From Staphylothermus marinus F1 (GTDB taxonomy: Archaea > Thermoproteota > Thermoprotei_A > Sulfolobales > Desulfurococcaceae): a stretch of 32,000 bases of DNA. The notes below the pieces were generated by a model. The model saw only the letters and a program-made list of their open reading frames with translations. It was not told where the DNA came from and did not search any database. Made by a program: the position numbers and the translations under genes. The stretch's first letter is position 1. Every line of letters starts with the position of its first letter. The DNA is taken from NCBI RefSeq assembly GCF_000015945.1, contig NC_009033.1, positions 180,001 through 212,000 of the forward strand, written 5' to 3'. Positions 17,781 to 25,996 of this stretch are shown piece after piece.

Positions 17781-19077
17781 AGCGAATATTGTTGAAGCAG
17801 GCTATCATAAAGGTTTTTTTATTAAGAATATCTCTTTTGAGCTCAGTAAAGGAGAAATACTCGTTATAACAGGTAGGTCTGGATCTGGAAAAACAACACT
17901 ATTAAAAACCCTGCTCAACATTCTACATTTGTCAAATGGTTATATTAAAGGAGTAGTACTGATTAAAAACAAGCCTATAACGCAGTATTCTAGTGAGGAA
18001 CTCTACAATCTAATATCATATATTCCTCAAGACCCATGGTATGCAGTTATCGGGCACGTGGTCTATGTAGAGTATTGTCATGCATTATCTGTGGCAAACA
18101 TTAAATGTGATCCTAAAAAACTAAAAATATATGGGCTAGACAAACTAGAAAACCACATAACCTATGGCTTGAGCGCTGGAGAGTATCAAAGACTTTTATG
18201 GGCATCAAGTATTGATAAAGGATCAGAAATTCTTTTCCTAGACGAACCACTCATATATATAGATAGCACTAGTAGATCAAGATTCATAGGATTTGTGAAA
18301 AAATTCATTGAAACAGGTGGCACTGCTATAATAGTTGATCACATGCCTGATAACTGGGTAGGATTTGATCCAAAAATACTGGTTCTAGATAAGGGTGTTC
18401 AAAAATATCTCGGACCATATAGGGAAGATCTTCTACCTAAACCGATCATAAAAATAATGAAACAAACCAATCAGTATAAGGGAAGAAAACCTTTACTAGT
18501 TTCTAAAAATATATGGTTCAAATATCCAGGCGAAAACTATGTTTTACGAAACATTAGTTTCAAAGCTTATAGTGGAGAAATAACCGGTATATCCGGAAAG
18601 AACGGTGCAGGCAAGACAACTTTACTGAAAATACTTGCTGGCATACTAAAGCCGAATAAAGGAAATATTGTAAGATATGGTAGAATAATCTATCTACCTG
18701 AAAACCCATTACTATACTACTCCTATCCTACGCCGAGAGAAGAACTATCCGCCTCGGCAAGGGATCCTAGAGAGTTTGAAAGAATCACGAAAAGATTTAG
18801 TCTAGAAGAACTTCTTGACAGACCACTATCTATGCTTAGTAGTGGTGAGCGGCGCCGTATAGCTCTTGCATCAGCTTTTCTTGCAGGTTACGATATTTAT
18901 TTATTAGATGAACCCAGTGGTGGGCTTGATAACTATAGTTTGAAGGAATTATTAGATGAAATAATGTTTTTGAGTAAAAACAATAAGGCAGTCATTATTG
19001 CAAGCCATGATGAAAGACTATATCCCTACTTTGATAAAACATGTATTCTCAGAGAAGGTGCGCTTATATGCGAATAA
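17758..19077 (+). CDS. ecfA: ECF/ABC transporter ATPase, fused duplicated nucleotide-binding domains (EcfA-EcfA')
   Basis: There are two full ABC cassettes. Walker A: GRSGSGKTT and GKNGAGKTT. Signature: LSAGEYQRL and LSSGERRRI. Walker B: ILFLDEP and IYLLDEP. Confidence 0.8.
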   Translation: MAVEKVIEANIVEAGYHKGFFIKNISFELSKGEILVITGRSGSGKTTLLKTLLNILHLSNGYIKGVVLIKNKPITQYSSEELYNLISYIPQDPWYAVIGHVVYVEYCHALSVANIKCDPKKLKIYGLDKLENHITYGLSAGEYQRLLWASSIDKGSEILFLDEPLIYIDSTSRSRFIGFVKKFIETGGTAIIVDHMPDNWVGFDPKILVLDKGVQKYLGPYREDLLPKPIIKIMKQTNQYKGRKPLLVSKNIWFKYPGENYVLRNISFKAYSGEITGISGKNGAGKTTLLKILAGILKPNKGNIVRYGRIIYLPENPLLYYSYPTPREELSASARDPREFERITKRFSLEELLDRPLSMLSSGERRRIALASAFLAGYDIYLLDEPSGGLDNYSLKELLDEIMFLSKNNKAVIIASHDERLYPYFDKTCILREGALICE

Positions 19078-19787
19078 TCGGTATACTAGTAGATCTTGTT
19101 TATAAGTCATTATTCCTTAAGGGGGAGGAAGGATATAGAGCAACTAGTTCTCTATTAAAAATATTGTTATTAGCCTTAATGCTTACGTATTTCCTACTTG
19201 ATCCCTCATTGTACTCGTCAATAAATATTGTATCATTAATATTAGTGCTGGGAATAACTGGTTTTAGCTTATCATGGTTCTTATCATCATTTACATTATC
19301 AAGCATCCCTGGATTATGGTATGCAGTTACAGCCCTCTTATTCTCATATACTGGATTATCAGAGCCTTTATCATATACGGATGCATTAATAATATATCTT
19401 CGCACCACAACATTTTCACTTATCCTCTTATTCTTCGGATCAATTATTAGCCCTGTCAGGCTTGCAAATATATTATTTAGACTAGGTTTTAGAAAGAATA
19501 GTGTTGCACCAATACTACTATGGAGATCAATGCCGTATGGATTAAAGTCTATGCAGGAGTCTTTAGCGATAGGAGAGTTGAAAAAGGAAAATGTTGGAAA
19601 AAGACTGGGTCCAGCAATGGCTTCACTACTAGAATATAGTGACATGGTTAGAGAATCGAACTATTATCGAATAAACACTTTAATGAAGCATGCGTTCCCA
19701 GTCAAGAGCTCGAGGAAACATAATTTACTTCTTATTATAGCCTGTGTTATAATAGGCATATTATTATTGCTTAAAACACTAACGTAG
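19068..19787 (+). CDS. ecfT: ECF transporter transmembrane (T, CbiQ-like) component (tentative)
   Basis: This is a hydrophobic ~240-aa protein immediately after, and overlapping, the fused ATPase gene. The preferred start ATG 19068 overlaps the ATPase stop at 19075-19077. The call rests mainly on position in an S-AA-T module. The long antisense ORF 19100..19645 is a shadow. Confidence 0.5.
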   Translation: MRIIGILVDLVYKSLFLKGEEGYRATSSLLKILLLALMLTYFLLDPSLYSSINIVSLILVLGITGFSLSWFLSSFTLSSIPGLWYAVTALLFSYTGLSEPLSYTDALIIYLRTTTFSLILLFFGSIISPVRLANILFRLGFRKNSVAPILLWRSMPYGLKSMQESLAIGELKKENVGKRLGPAMASLLEYSDMVRESNYYRINTLMKHAFPVKSSRKHNLLLIIACVIIGILLLLKTLT

Positions 19788-19907
19788 ATTCAAATGTAGA
19801 TATCAGTCAGCCACCGCTTCTTCATCCCCTTAAAATAAGAGTCTGCAGTGTTCGGGACCATCCTCATCTATTAGACAATAATTTTTATAATCAAATAATA
19901 TAGGTTT

Positions 19908-20783
19908 TCACAGAAGCCCCTTTTCAACGAGAATTTTCCTCGGCACCGAACAACATGTTTCAATAATTTTGAGACCATATTTTTTAATCAGTAAAGGATG
20001 TGGATTAACAATTCTATTAACTAGTTTGTTCTCAATAAGGATCTCGTCTAATGAGTTTTTTACTGGAGAAGGACGCATACATCCCATACTTAATTCCGTG
20101 TTTAATTTTCTCCTAGCATATTTTAAAACATCAATAACCTGGTTAATTTTTGGTATAGAAACATTTACGAATAATGTTCCGCGTGCAGGTATTATTAGAA
20201 GAAAAACAACTAAGTATGGATTGTAATCTCTTAATAAATCAATAGCTGTGTATTCCCAATCAATACCTCCATATTTTGCACCTATCATAATATGTGGAGC
20301 AATATATGGGGGGCCTTCTCTGGCTAAAGTCTCGTATGTTCTAATGTAGTCTTCGATGGTCTTGTTGAGATGCTTAATATCTCTAATAATCCTATTATCC
20401 AATACTAGTTCGTAATCTACTATATCGACACCAGCGTTTCTCAGCTTTACTGCTAGTTCTTTATCGATTAATCCTGGATGAACGTTTATGATGAGGCCAA
20501 AATTTTTCTTTATCTCTCTTATAGTGTCAAGATATGGTTGGATCGGTAGATATCCCTCCCTAGTAAATCCGCCGCTGATCAATAATCCATGGGCTCCTTT
20601 TTTAGCGTAATATCTTGCTAGATCATATAATTGTTTAGGTGTATATACGTGATCCATGCCTTTCAAGAATCTTCCCATACAGTAGTTGCACATAAGCCAG
20701 CATTTATTGCCAGTAATGCTTATACTGGGAAATTTTTTACTGGGCATAAATACTAGGATCTCTCTACTCAATATAGTTTTCAC
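19908..20783 (-). CDS. Radical-SAM protein, LipS1/LipS2-type (biotin-synthase-related) candidate lipoyl synthase subunit
   Basis: It has a single radical-SAM motif, CWLMCNYC (CX3CX2C). TIM-barrel-like features include GGFT and HPGL, and a C-terminal Cys pair (ETCCSVP) is present. Its GTG start overlaps the upstream radical-SAM gene's stop (GTGA at 20780-20783). I cannot tell from sequence alone which of the two genes is LipS1 and which is LipS2. Confidence 0.6.
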   Translation of the reverse strand: MKTILSREILVFMPSKKFPSISITGNKCWLMCNYCMGRFLKGMDHVYTPKQLYDLARYYAKKGAHGLLISGGFTREGYLPIQPYLDTIREIKKNFGLIINVHPGLIDKELAVKLRNAGVDIVDYELVLDNRIIRDIKHLNKTIEDYIRTYETLAREGPPYIAPHIMIGAKYGGIDWEYTAIDLLRDYNPYLVVFLLIIPARGTLFVNVSIPKINQVIDVLKYARRKLNTELSMGCMRPSPVKNSLDEILIENKLVNRIVNPHPLLIKKYGLKIIETCCSVPRKILVEKGLL

Positions 20784-21781
20784 CTATTTCTCAATTTTTC
20801 TAGTTCACTAATGATACTGTCTAAATACTTCATTACATGGTTTCTGGAATAGAAATTATAGAAGGGGCCGCGGGGACTCTCATTATAGTAGGGTCTATTA
20901 CAATATGGACATCCGCTGGTTATAAATATTCCCATGTATTTCTCTATATGCCTAACTATTTCTTCGAGAATATCATTATTAACTCTAATGCTTTTATCTA
21001 GTATCTCATTGAGCCTATATCCTTTAAGCAAAAAATACCGGATGATTTGAGCTTCACGATAGCGTAATATGTTTATCTCAGGCCTCATTAATCCTTTATC
21101 TATTGGTGTATAAGCGAATAACGCTATATCGGCTCCTCTCATAATAAGATCTTCCATCAACTTATACAGTTCTAATGGTTTCTCACCCAATCCTACAATT
21201 AAGTGAACTATGACCCTCCTATATCCATATACTTTTATGGCTTCATTGATAAATTTCATATATATTCTCCACGAGTACGGTTTATTAACGATTCTAAAAA
21301 TCCTAGGAGACGAAGCATCTAATCCTACTCCAAGATAATCTACTCCATATCCCTTGAATTCTTCGAGATATTTTGATGAAATAGGTGTTATGGCTAAACT
21401 AATAGGTAATTCAGGAACATTATCGTTTATTTCTCTAATAATCTTTAGTGCTTCATCTAGAAACCAAGGCTTAATTATTGTCTGCAAACATATCCTTTTA
21501 ATTTCATCTCCATGTTGTTTAAGAGCATTTACTACCTTACTCAACCCAATAGGTGGCCAGGTAATTCTTGATAAGAATTTTTTCGATAAGGAACTCATTA
21601 TGCTTTGAGCACAAAACTTGCAATGTGCTAAACATCCTTTATCCGAGTATTGTAGCAAGTATATTATATTCATTGGATAACTTATTTGCGGACCATCCAT
21701 TAACCCTAATTTGACGAGAGACCATAAAGATGCTCTAATCATTATGTCATCCATTAAATCATCCTCACCCTTATTGAACAC
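20780..21781 (-). CDS. Radical-SAM protein, LipS1/LipS2-type (biotin-synthase-related) candidate lipoyl synthase subunit
   Basis: It has the radical-SAM motif CLAHCKFC (CX3CX2C) and an additional C-terminal Cys pair (TSGCPYCNRPYYNE) that could hold an auxiliary cluster. It is translationally coupled to the downstream radical-SAM gene and divergent from lplA. Confidence 0.6.
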   Translation of the reverse strand: MFNKGEDDLMDDIMIRASLWSLVKLGLMDGPQISYPMNIIYLLQYSDKGCLAHCKFCAQSIMSSLSKKFLSRITWPPIGLSKVVNALKQHGDEIKRICLQTIIKPWFLDEALKIIREINDNVPELPISLAITPISSKYLEEFKGYGVDYLGVGLDASSPRIFRIVNKPYSWRIYMKFINEAIKVYGYRRVIVHLIVGLGEKPLELYKLMEDLIMRGADIALFAYTPIDKGLMRPEINILRYREAQIIRYFLLKGYRLNEILDKSIRVNNDILEEIVRHIEKYMGIFITSGCPYCNRPYYNESPRGPFYNFYSRNHVMKYLDSIISELEKLRNR

Positions 21782-21887
21782 GTTACCTATTCTTCCAATA
21801 GATTTTTCATAGTTAGATATCTTGTTAAAATTAATTGTTAACTAATTATTAGAGTGAAATAATAAATATAGAGTGGCGTGATACGCA

Positions 21888-22643
21888 TTGTCATCTTGGA
21901 GATTAATTATCGATGAAGCAAATGTTTACTATAATATGGCTATGGATGAAACACTACTTATTTTGAGAGAAAAAGGACTTATTCCAAACACTGTTAGAAT
22001 CTATATAATGCGTCCCAGCGCGGTTACTATTGGTTATTTTCAGAGGATAAAGGATGTATTAAATCTAGACTACTTGGATAAATACGGAATAGATTATACT
22101 CGTAGAATAACTGGTGGTGGAGCAGTTTATCATGATCAAGATGGTGAAATAACATATTCTATAACAACAGATATAGATAGTATTTCCAAGAATATTCTCG
22201 AATCATATAGGAAGATATGTTCAGGAATAGTTGAAGCATTAAAAGAGCTTGGTGTTAAAGCTGAGTACAAACCTATAAATGACATAGTAGTAATGGGGAA
22301 AAAGATCTCTGGAAACGCTCAAACTCGTCGTAGAAAAGCTCTTATGCAGCATGGAACACTTATGTATGGAACCAACATTGATATACTGGCCAAAGTACTT
22401 AAACCCCCAAAAGAAAAACTTTCCTCACATAAAGCTAAAACTATACACGATAGAGTAACTACTCTAGAGAAAATCTTAGGTTACAAGCCTAGAAAAGAAG
22501 ATGTTATTGATGCATTGATAAAAGGTTTCGAAAAAGCTCTAAGAATAAGATTGGTTAGGGATAATTATTGGAAGGAGGAGCTAGAGCTAGCCAATTCGCT
22601 TATTGATAAATACAGGTCTAAAGAATGGATCTTTAAGAGGTGA
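21888..22643 (+). CDS. lplA: Lipoate-protein ligase A, catalytic (N-terminal) domain protein of a split LplA/LplB ligase
   Basis: Motifs seen are RRITGGGAVYHD (lipoyl-AMP binding loop) and GKKISGNAQTRRRKALMQHGTLMY (catalytic lysine region). At 251 aa it lacks the accessory C-terminal domain, which is encoded by the next gene. Confidence 0.85.
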   Translation: MSSWRLIIDEANVYYNMAMDETLLILREKGLIPNTVRIYIMRPSAVTIGYFQRIKDVLNLDYLDKYGIDYTRRITGGGAVYHDQDGEITYSITTDIDSISKNILESYRKICSGIVEALKELGVKAEYKPINDIVVMGKKISGNAQTRRRKALMQHGTLMYGTNIDILAKVLKPPKEKLSSHKAKTIHDRVTTLEKILGYKPRKEDVIDALIKGFEKALRIRLVRDNYWKEELELANSLIDKYRSKEWIFKR

Positions 22644-22647
22644 ATAC

Positions 22648-22935
22648 ATGAACAATTCTATAAAAAAATCTATTACCCATAGAGTTCCGGGAGGAAAAAC
22701 TCTAAAAATTGATGCTGAATTTAAAGACGACGTTATCGTTGACATAGTTATAAGCGGGGACTTTTTCGCTTATCCCGAAGAAGGTATAGAGATGCTTGAG
22801 AATGATTTGAAGGGTAAAACAATTAATGAAGCAATACGGATCATAGATGACTATAGAGACAAGATTGAATTACTTGGAATAAGCCTCGATAATATAAAGA
22901 ATTTATTAATAGAAATATTTCGTGGTGAATCATAA
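22648..22935 (+). CDS. lplB: Lipoate-protein ligase accessory (C-terminal domain) subunit LplB
   Basis: This ~95-aa protein has the LplA C-terminal-domain pattern (GGKTLKIDAEFKDDVIVDIVISGDFFAYPEE). The preferred ATG 22648 lies 4 nt after the lplA stop and just downstream of AAGAGGTGA (22635-22643). This matches the split-ligase arrangement known from Thermoplasma. Confidence 0.7.
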   Translation: MNNSIKKSITHRVPGGKTLKIDAEFKDDVIVDIVISGDFFAYPEEGIEMLENDLKGKTINEAIRIIDDYRDKIELLGISLDNIKNLLIEIFRGES

Positions 22936-23748
22936 TTGATAATTGGTTTCAAAGGCTTCAATATAAAAGATATAATTTACTTATCGATCGGGGTATTCTC
23001 AGGAGGATGCGAGCCATCGGTATCTAACGAGTTGAGGCCTACACTGTTATTGGTGAAAGAAAATAATGGCATAGCTGTTATCAGGGAAAACAATGTATTA
23101 TCAATTATATATGACGGATATAATGCTCCTACAGGAATAATACTGAATCAGAAACACGGAGAAATCTATATGCACACATTCAATGTCGGGAACGAAAGAG
23201 TAGAAGGATACTTGACCCGCTCAAAAATTGATCCAAGAATTTTCGCTGGTTTATATGCATGTATGATAGGTAAGGGCTCTGATCAAAGAAAAGCGTTTCT
23301 AGAAGTCATGGATACTCTAGCATTGGGAGAAGGCGATCCTCTTAAATATATGAAAACTATTATTTCTGAACATAAGGTTTTCCACAGACTTAACAATGCT
23401 TTGAATCGATTAATCAAGAATGAAGAGTTACTGAGAAAAATAATATATAATAAATTAATTATTGGAGGAAGAAGCTTAGGCAATACAGCGTATGTATCGG
23501 CAATAATTAAGACCAGTCATGGTTTTATTAAAGAATGTATTGAGCCCATAAGTATTAGTACCTATAAGGAATACAAATGGATCCAACCCAACAAATTCTT
23601 TATATGTGGTTTACCAAATGAAATAATGGAGTTTGCTTCGAAATATGGATCCGAAAAACATGTTGATCCATATATGGGTAATTGTATTGTGGGCGATGAT
23701 GCTGTCAGGCTTGTTATTTTACTAGAAAAATACTTGTCAAGTACTTAA
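22936..23748 (+). CDS. Hypothetical 270-aa protein, last gene of the lplA-lplB transcription unit
   Basis: The TTG start at 22936 directly abuts the lplB TAA (22933-22935), with zero intergenic bases. I recognised no family motif, no lipoyl-lysine hairpin and no predicted TM segment. Confidence 0.5.
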   Translation: MIIGFKGFNIKDIIYLSIGVFSGGCEPSVSNELRPTLLLVKENNGIAVIRENNVLSIIYDGYNAPTGIILNQKHGEIYMHTFNVGNERVEGYLTRSKIDPRIFAGLYACMIGKGSDQRKAFLEVMDTLALGEGDPLKYMKTIISEHKVFHRLNNALNRLIKNEELLRKIIYNKLIIGGRSLGNTAYVSAIIKTSHGFIKECIEPISISTYKEYKWIQPNKFFICGLPNEIMEFASKYGSEKHVDPYMGNCIVGDDAVRLVILLEKYLSST

Positions 23749-23754
23749 TACTTT

Positions 23755-24144
23755 TTATATTTTTAGATTTTTCTTTAAGAACTCCACAATTTTATTAATT
23801 GTTTCATCGTGTAGGCCGTGCTCCATATAGCATGCATCTATTTCAGCTATATCTCTTGGAACACCTATAGCTACTAAGAACTCGGTTAACAATATATGTC
23901 TTCTATAAACTTTTTCCGCCAAAGACTTGCCTTTCTCCGTTAATTTAATGTATCCTCCTTTTCTATAAACTATATATCCTAATTCATTAAGCCTCTTCAA
24001 ATATTCTACAACACTGCTAGGTTTAATCCCCAATCTTCTAGCTAATTCTCTAACTTTTGGTTTAAGACCTTGTTGTTTCATAGCATATATTGCTTCTAAG
24101 TAATCCTCAGCTCTCCAAGGTTTTGTTTTATCGTGTGATACCAA
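23755..24144 (-). CDS. DtxR/MntR-family metal-dependent transcriptional repressor (short form, no SH3-like domain)
   Basis: The N-terminal EDYLEAIYAMKQQG..VRELARRLGIKPSSVVEYLKRLNELGYI matches the DtxR wHTH (EDYLK.IY). The dimerisation/metal region RHILLTEFL..IAEIDACYMEHGLHDET follows. The gene lies 14 nt downstream of the PDO gene on the same strand. Confidence 0.8.
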   Translation of the reverse strand: MVSHDKTKPWRAEDYLEAIYAMKQQGLKPKVRELARRLGIKPSSVVEYLKRLNELGYIVYRKGGYIKLTEKGKSLAEKVYRRHILLTEFLVAIGVPRDIAEIDACYMEHGLHDETINKIVEFLKKNLKI

Positions 24145-24158
24145 TGAGGAGTAGCCTC

Positions 24159-24956
24159 CTAGCCTTGCTTCTTCATTTCTTTAAGTTTTTCGGCTGCATA
24201 TTTTACAATGTTTATTGCTTCTTCTATAGGCATATAACCATTTATCCTCTCAACAGGTTCTACTCCGTACTCATCCATTTTGTCTGGATCAGTTATTATT
24301 ACGTCTGGAACATATGCTACATTATACATATCTGCTTCTAGAGGTAATTCAATTGCTTCTATTGTTTCAACTAATATCTTATCGTTTATAAGTGCTAATT
24401 GATTGAAAGCATCTACTGTTAATGGGCAATAGGGGCATTCTGGTGTAACAAATATTTTGATATGAAGCGGTACATCTATTTTCTTAGCTTCCTCTATAAC
24501 GTTTTCTGGAAGTTTTATATCATTATTAGCAATGTATAGATGAACATATATGAATGGAGCAAATTCTTGTCCACTTGGCAATCCATAATATCTAATATTC
24601 TTCTTTGGCGATCCATATATGAATGCTGGAACATATCTTGTATGAAGCTGTTTTGCTTCCTCACTATTCTTATCTATGATCTTAAATTCTAGTTTACCAT
24701 CAGCAAGCTCCATAAGCGCTTTTGCTAAGATCTCTGCTTCTCCGCAAGTTGGGCATCCGTGGTGATGATGAACATGAGGATGGGGGTGAATATGAGTTGC
24801 TGTATGCTCGTGTTCATCATCAGGATCATTAGGATCAGGATTGCTCTCTGAACCCTTCTCTACCACTAAGTAATCAACAACTTTTCGCTGGAATTGCTGG
24901 AATATTTGTTTTAACGCCTGCTTAGTTTCCTCATCAAATAATTCATCAGCGCTCAT
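24159..24956 (-). CDS. Protein disulfide oxidoreductase (PDO, double thioredoxin fold) with a His-rich insertion before the first CxxC
   Basis: There are two active sites, CPTC and CPYC (FVTPECPYCP). The RYYGLPSGQEFAPF and YNVAYVPD motifs parallel Pyrococcus-type PDO. The preferred start is ATG 24956 (MSADELF..); the track start at 24971 adds MWCFV. The insert ESNPDPNDPDDEHEHTATHIHPHPHVHHHHG is encoded at 24756-24851. Confidence 0.8.
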   Translation of the reverse strand: MSADELFDEETKQALKQIFQQFQRKVVDYLVVEKGSESNPDPNDPDDEHEHTATHIHPHPHVHHHHGCPTCGEAEILAKALMELADGKLEFKIIDKNSEEAKQLHTRYVPAFIYGSPKKNIRYYGLPSGQEFAPFIYVHLYIANNDIKLPENVIEEAKKIDVPLHIKIFVTPECPYCPLTVDAFNQLALINDKILVETIEAIELPLEADMYNVAYVPDVIITDPDKMDEYGVEPVERINGYMPIEEAINIVKYAAEKLKEMKKQG

Positions 24957-25153
24957 AACAAAACACCACATCCAATTTATCTGATAGGCCTACCTAACAA
25001 TAAACCCACTCACCCTTATATAATCTTCTACATACAAAAGTGGGACTGTATTTAACGTTTTTTAAGCTCTCTACAATTTATTTGGAGCAATTTTTTGAAT
25101 GAGATATTAGTTATAAATAAGAAAATAAATATATATTGATCGGGAAGAAAAAT

Positions 25154-25996
25154 ATGAAGAAGACATTAACAGCAAAGATACTAGAGATTATATGGCAAAA
25201 CCCAGGTTCAAGTATAAAAGATGTGGCTACGATGCTAAATATTAGTTTGCCCACCGCTAGAGCAATACTGTACAAACTAAAGAATAACGGATACATAGAG
25301 AAAACGGGAAAGGGATATGTACTAACAAGTAAGGGTGAATGGTTCATAAACAATGTTCTTCTCAAAGAAAAAACTGCTGGCAAAGAATCAGCAGAACAAA
25401 AACCCGTTGATACACCTAGAAAAAGTGAACAAGTAATTATGGAGAGTAAACAGGAAGTAGAAAAGGATAAAAAGGAAAAACAAGTGGTCATAGAGCAGAA
25501 CCAATTAGCTGGGTTCAAAGAAAAAATAATGAATAAAATAATGCTTCTAGAATCCAGAATAAACGAATTAGAGGAGACAATACAGAGAATAACAACAGAT
25601 CTCGAATCCATTAAGAATATTTTGAGAACTAAGGAAGAATATGCAAAGATAACTGAGAAAATGGAAAAACCCTCTAATAAGCCAGCAATGCTTTTAGGTG
25701 TAAAGAAACAAAGTAAAAGCAGCGAAAACAAGCTTCCAGCACCTATAATGTACATATATGAAGCAAAGAATGCTCTTGGACCACTACTTGACTCTCTGAT
25801 TAGATCTGGAAAAGTAGAAATAATAGGATCGCTTGTTGTTGACTCAGAATTTTATAGTGAATTCAAGAAAAGATTCCCCATAACAATTTCGGAGGCAGAA
25901 AGACTGCCTCCAATGGAGAAGAAATTATTAGAGGAAATGAACCGTGAAGCTATAGTTATAATTCATGCTGGTAAATACTATAAATTGATCAAGTAG
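25154..25996 (+). CDS. Winged-helix DNA-binding protein with a K/E-rich linker, coiled coil and a C-terminal domain of unknown function
   Basis: The N-terminal MarR/ArsR-like wHTH is LTAKILEIIWQNPGSSIKDVATMLNISLPTARAILYKLKNNGYIEKTGKGYVLT. Heptad-like segments follow (IMNKIMLLESRINELEETIQRITTDLESIKNIL). The preferred start is ATG 25154. The fully overlapping antisense ORF 25111..25755 is a low-complexity shadow. Confidence 0.55.
   Translation: MKKTLTAKILEIIWQNPGSSIKDVATMLNISLPTARAILYKLKNNGYIEKTGKGYVLTSKGEWFINNVLLKEKTAGKESAEQKPVDTPRKSEQVIMESKQEVEKDKKEKQVVIEQNQLAGFKEKIMNKIMLLESRINELEETIQRITTDLESIKNILRTKEEYAKITEKMEKPSNKPAMLLGVKKQSKSSENKLPAPIMYIYEAKNALGPLLDSLIRSGKVEIIGSLVVDSEFYSEFKKRFPITISEAERLPPMEKKLLEEMNREAIVIIHAGKYYKLIK

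Noticed and set aside
19100-19645. 181-aa minus-strand ORF inside the ECF T-component gene
   Set aside because: It is antisense to a hydrophobic membrane-protein gene that is coupled to the ATPase gene. It has no motif, no plausible promoter or start context, and a composition typical of a shadow ORF.
25111-25755. 214-aa minus-strand ORF fully overlapping the wHTH/coiled-coil gene
   Set aside because: Its translation is low-complexity and rich in S, F, L and I (..FSLLLLCFF..SSNSFILDSRSIILFIIFS..). This is the expected antisense of a K/E-rich GAA/AAG coding region. The plus-strand ORF has a recognisable wHTH, and this ORF has none.
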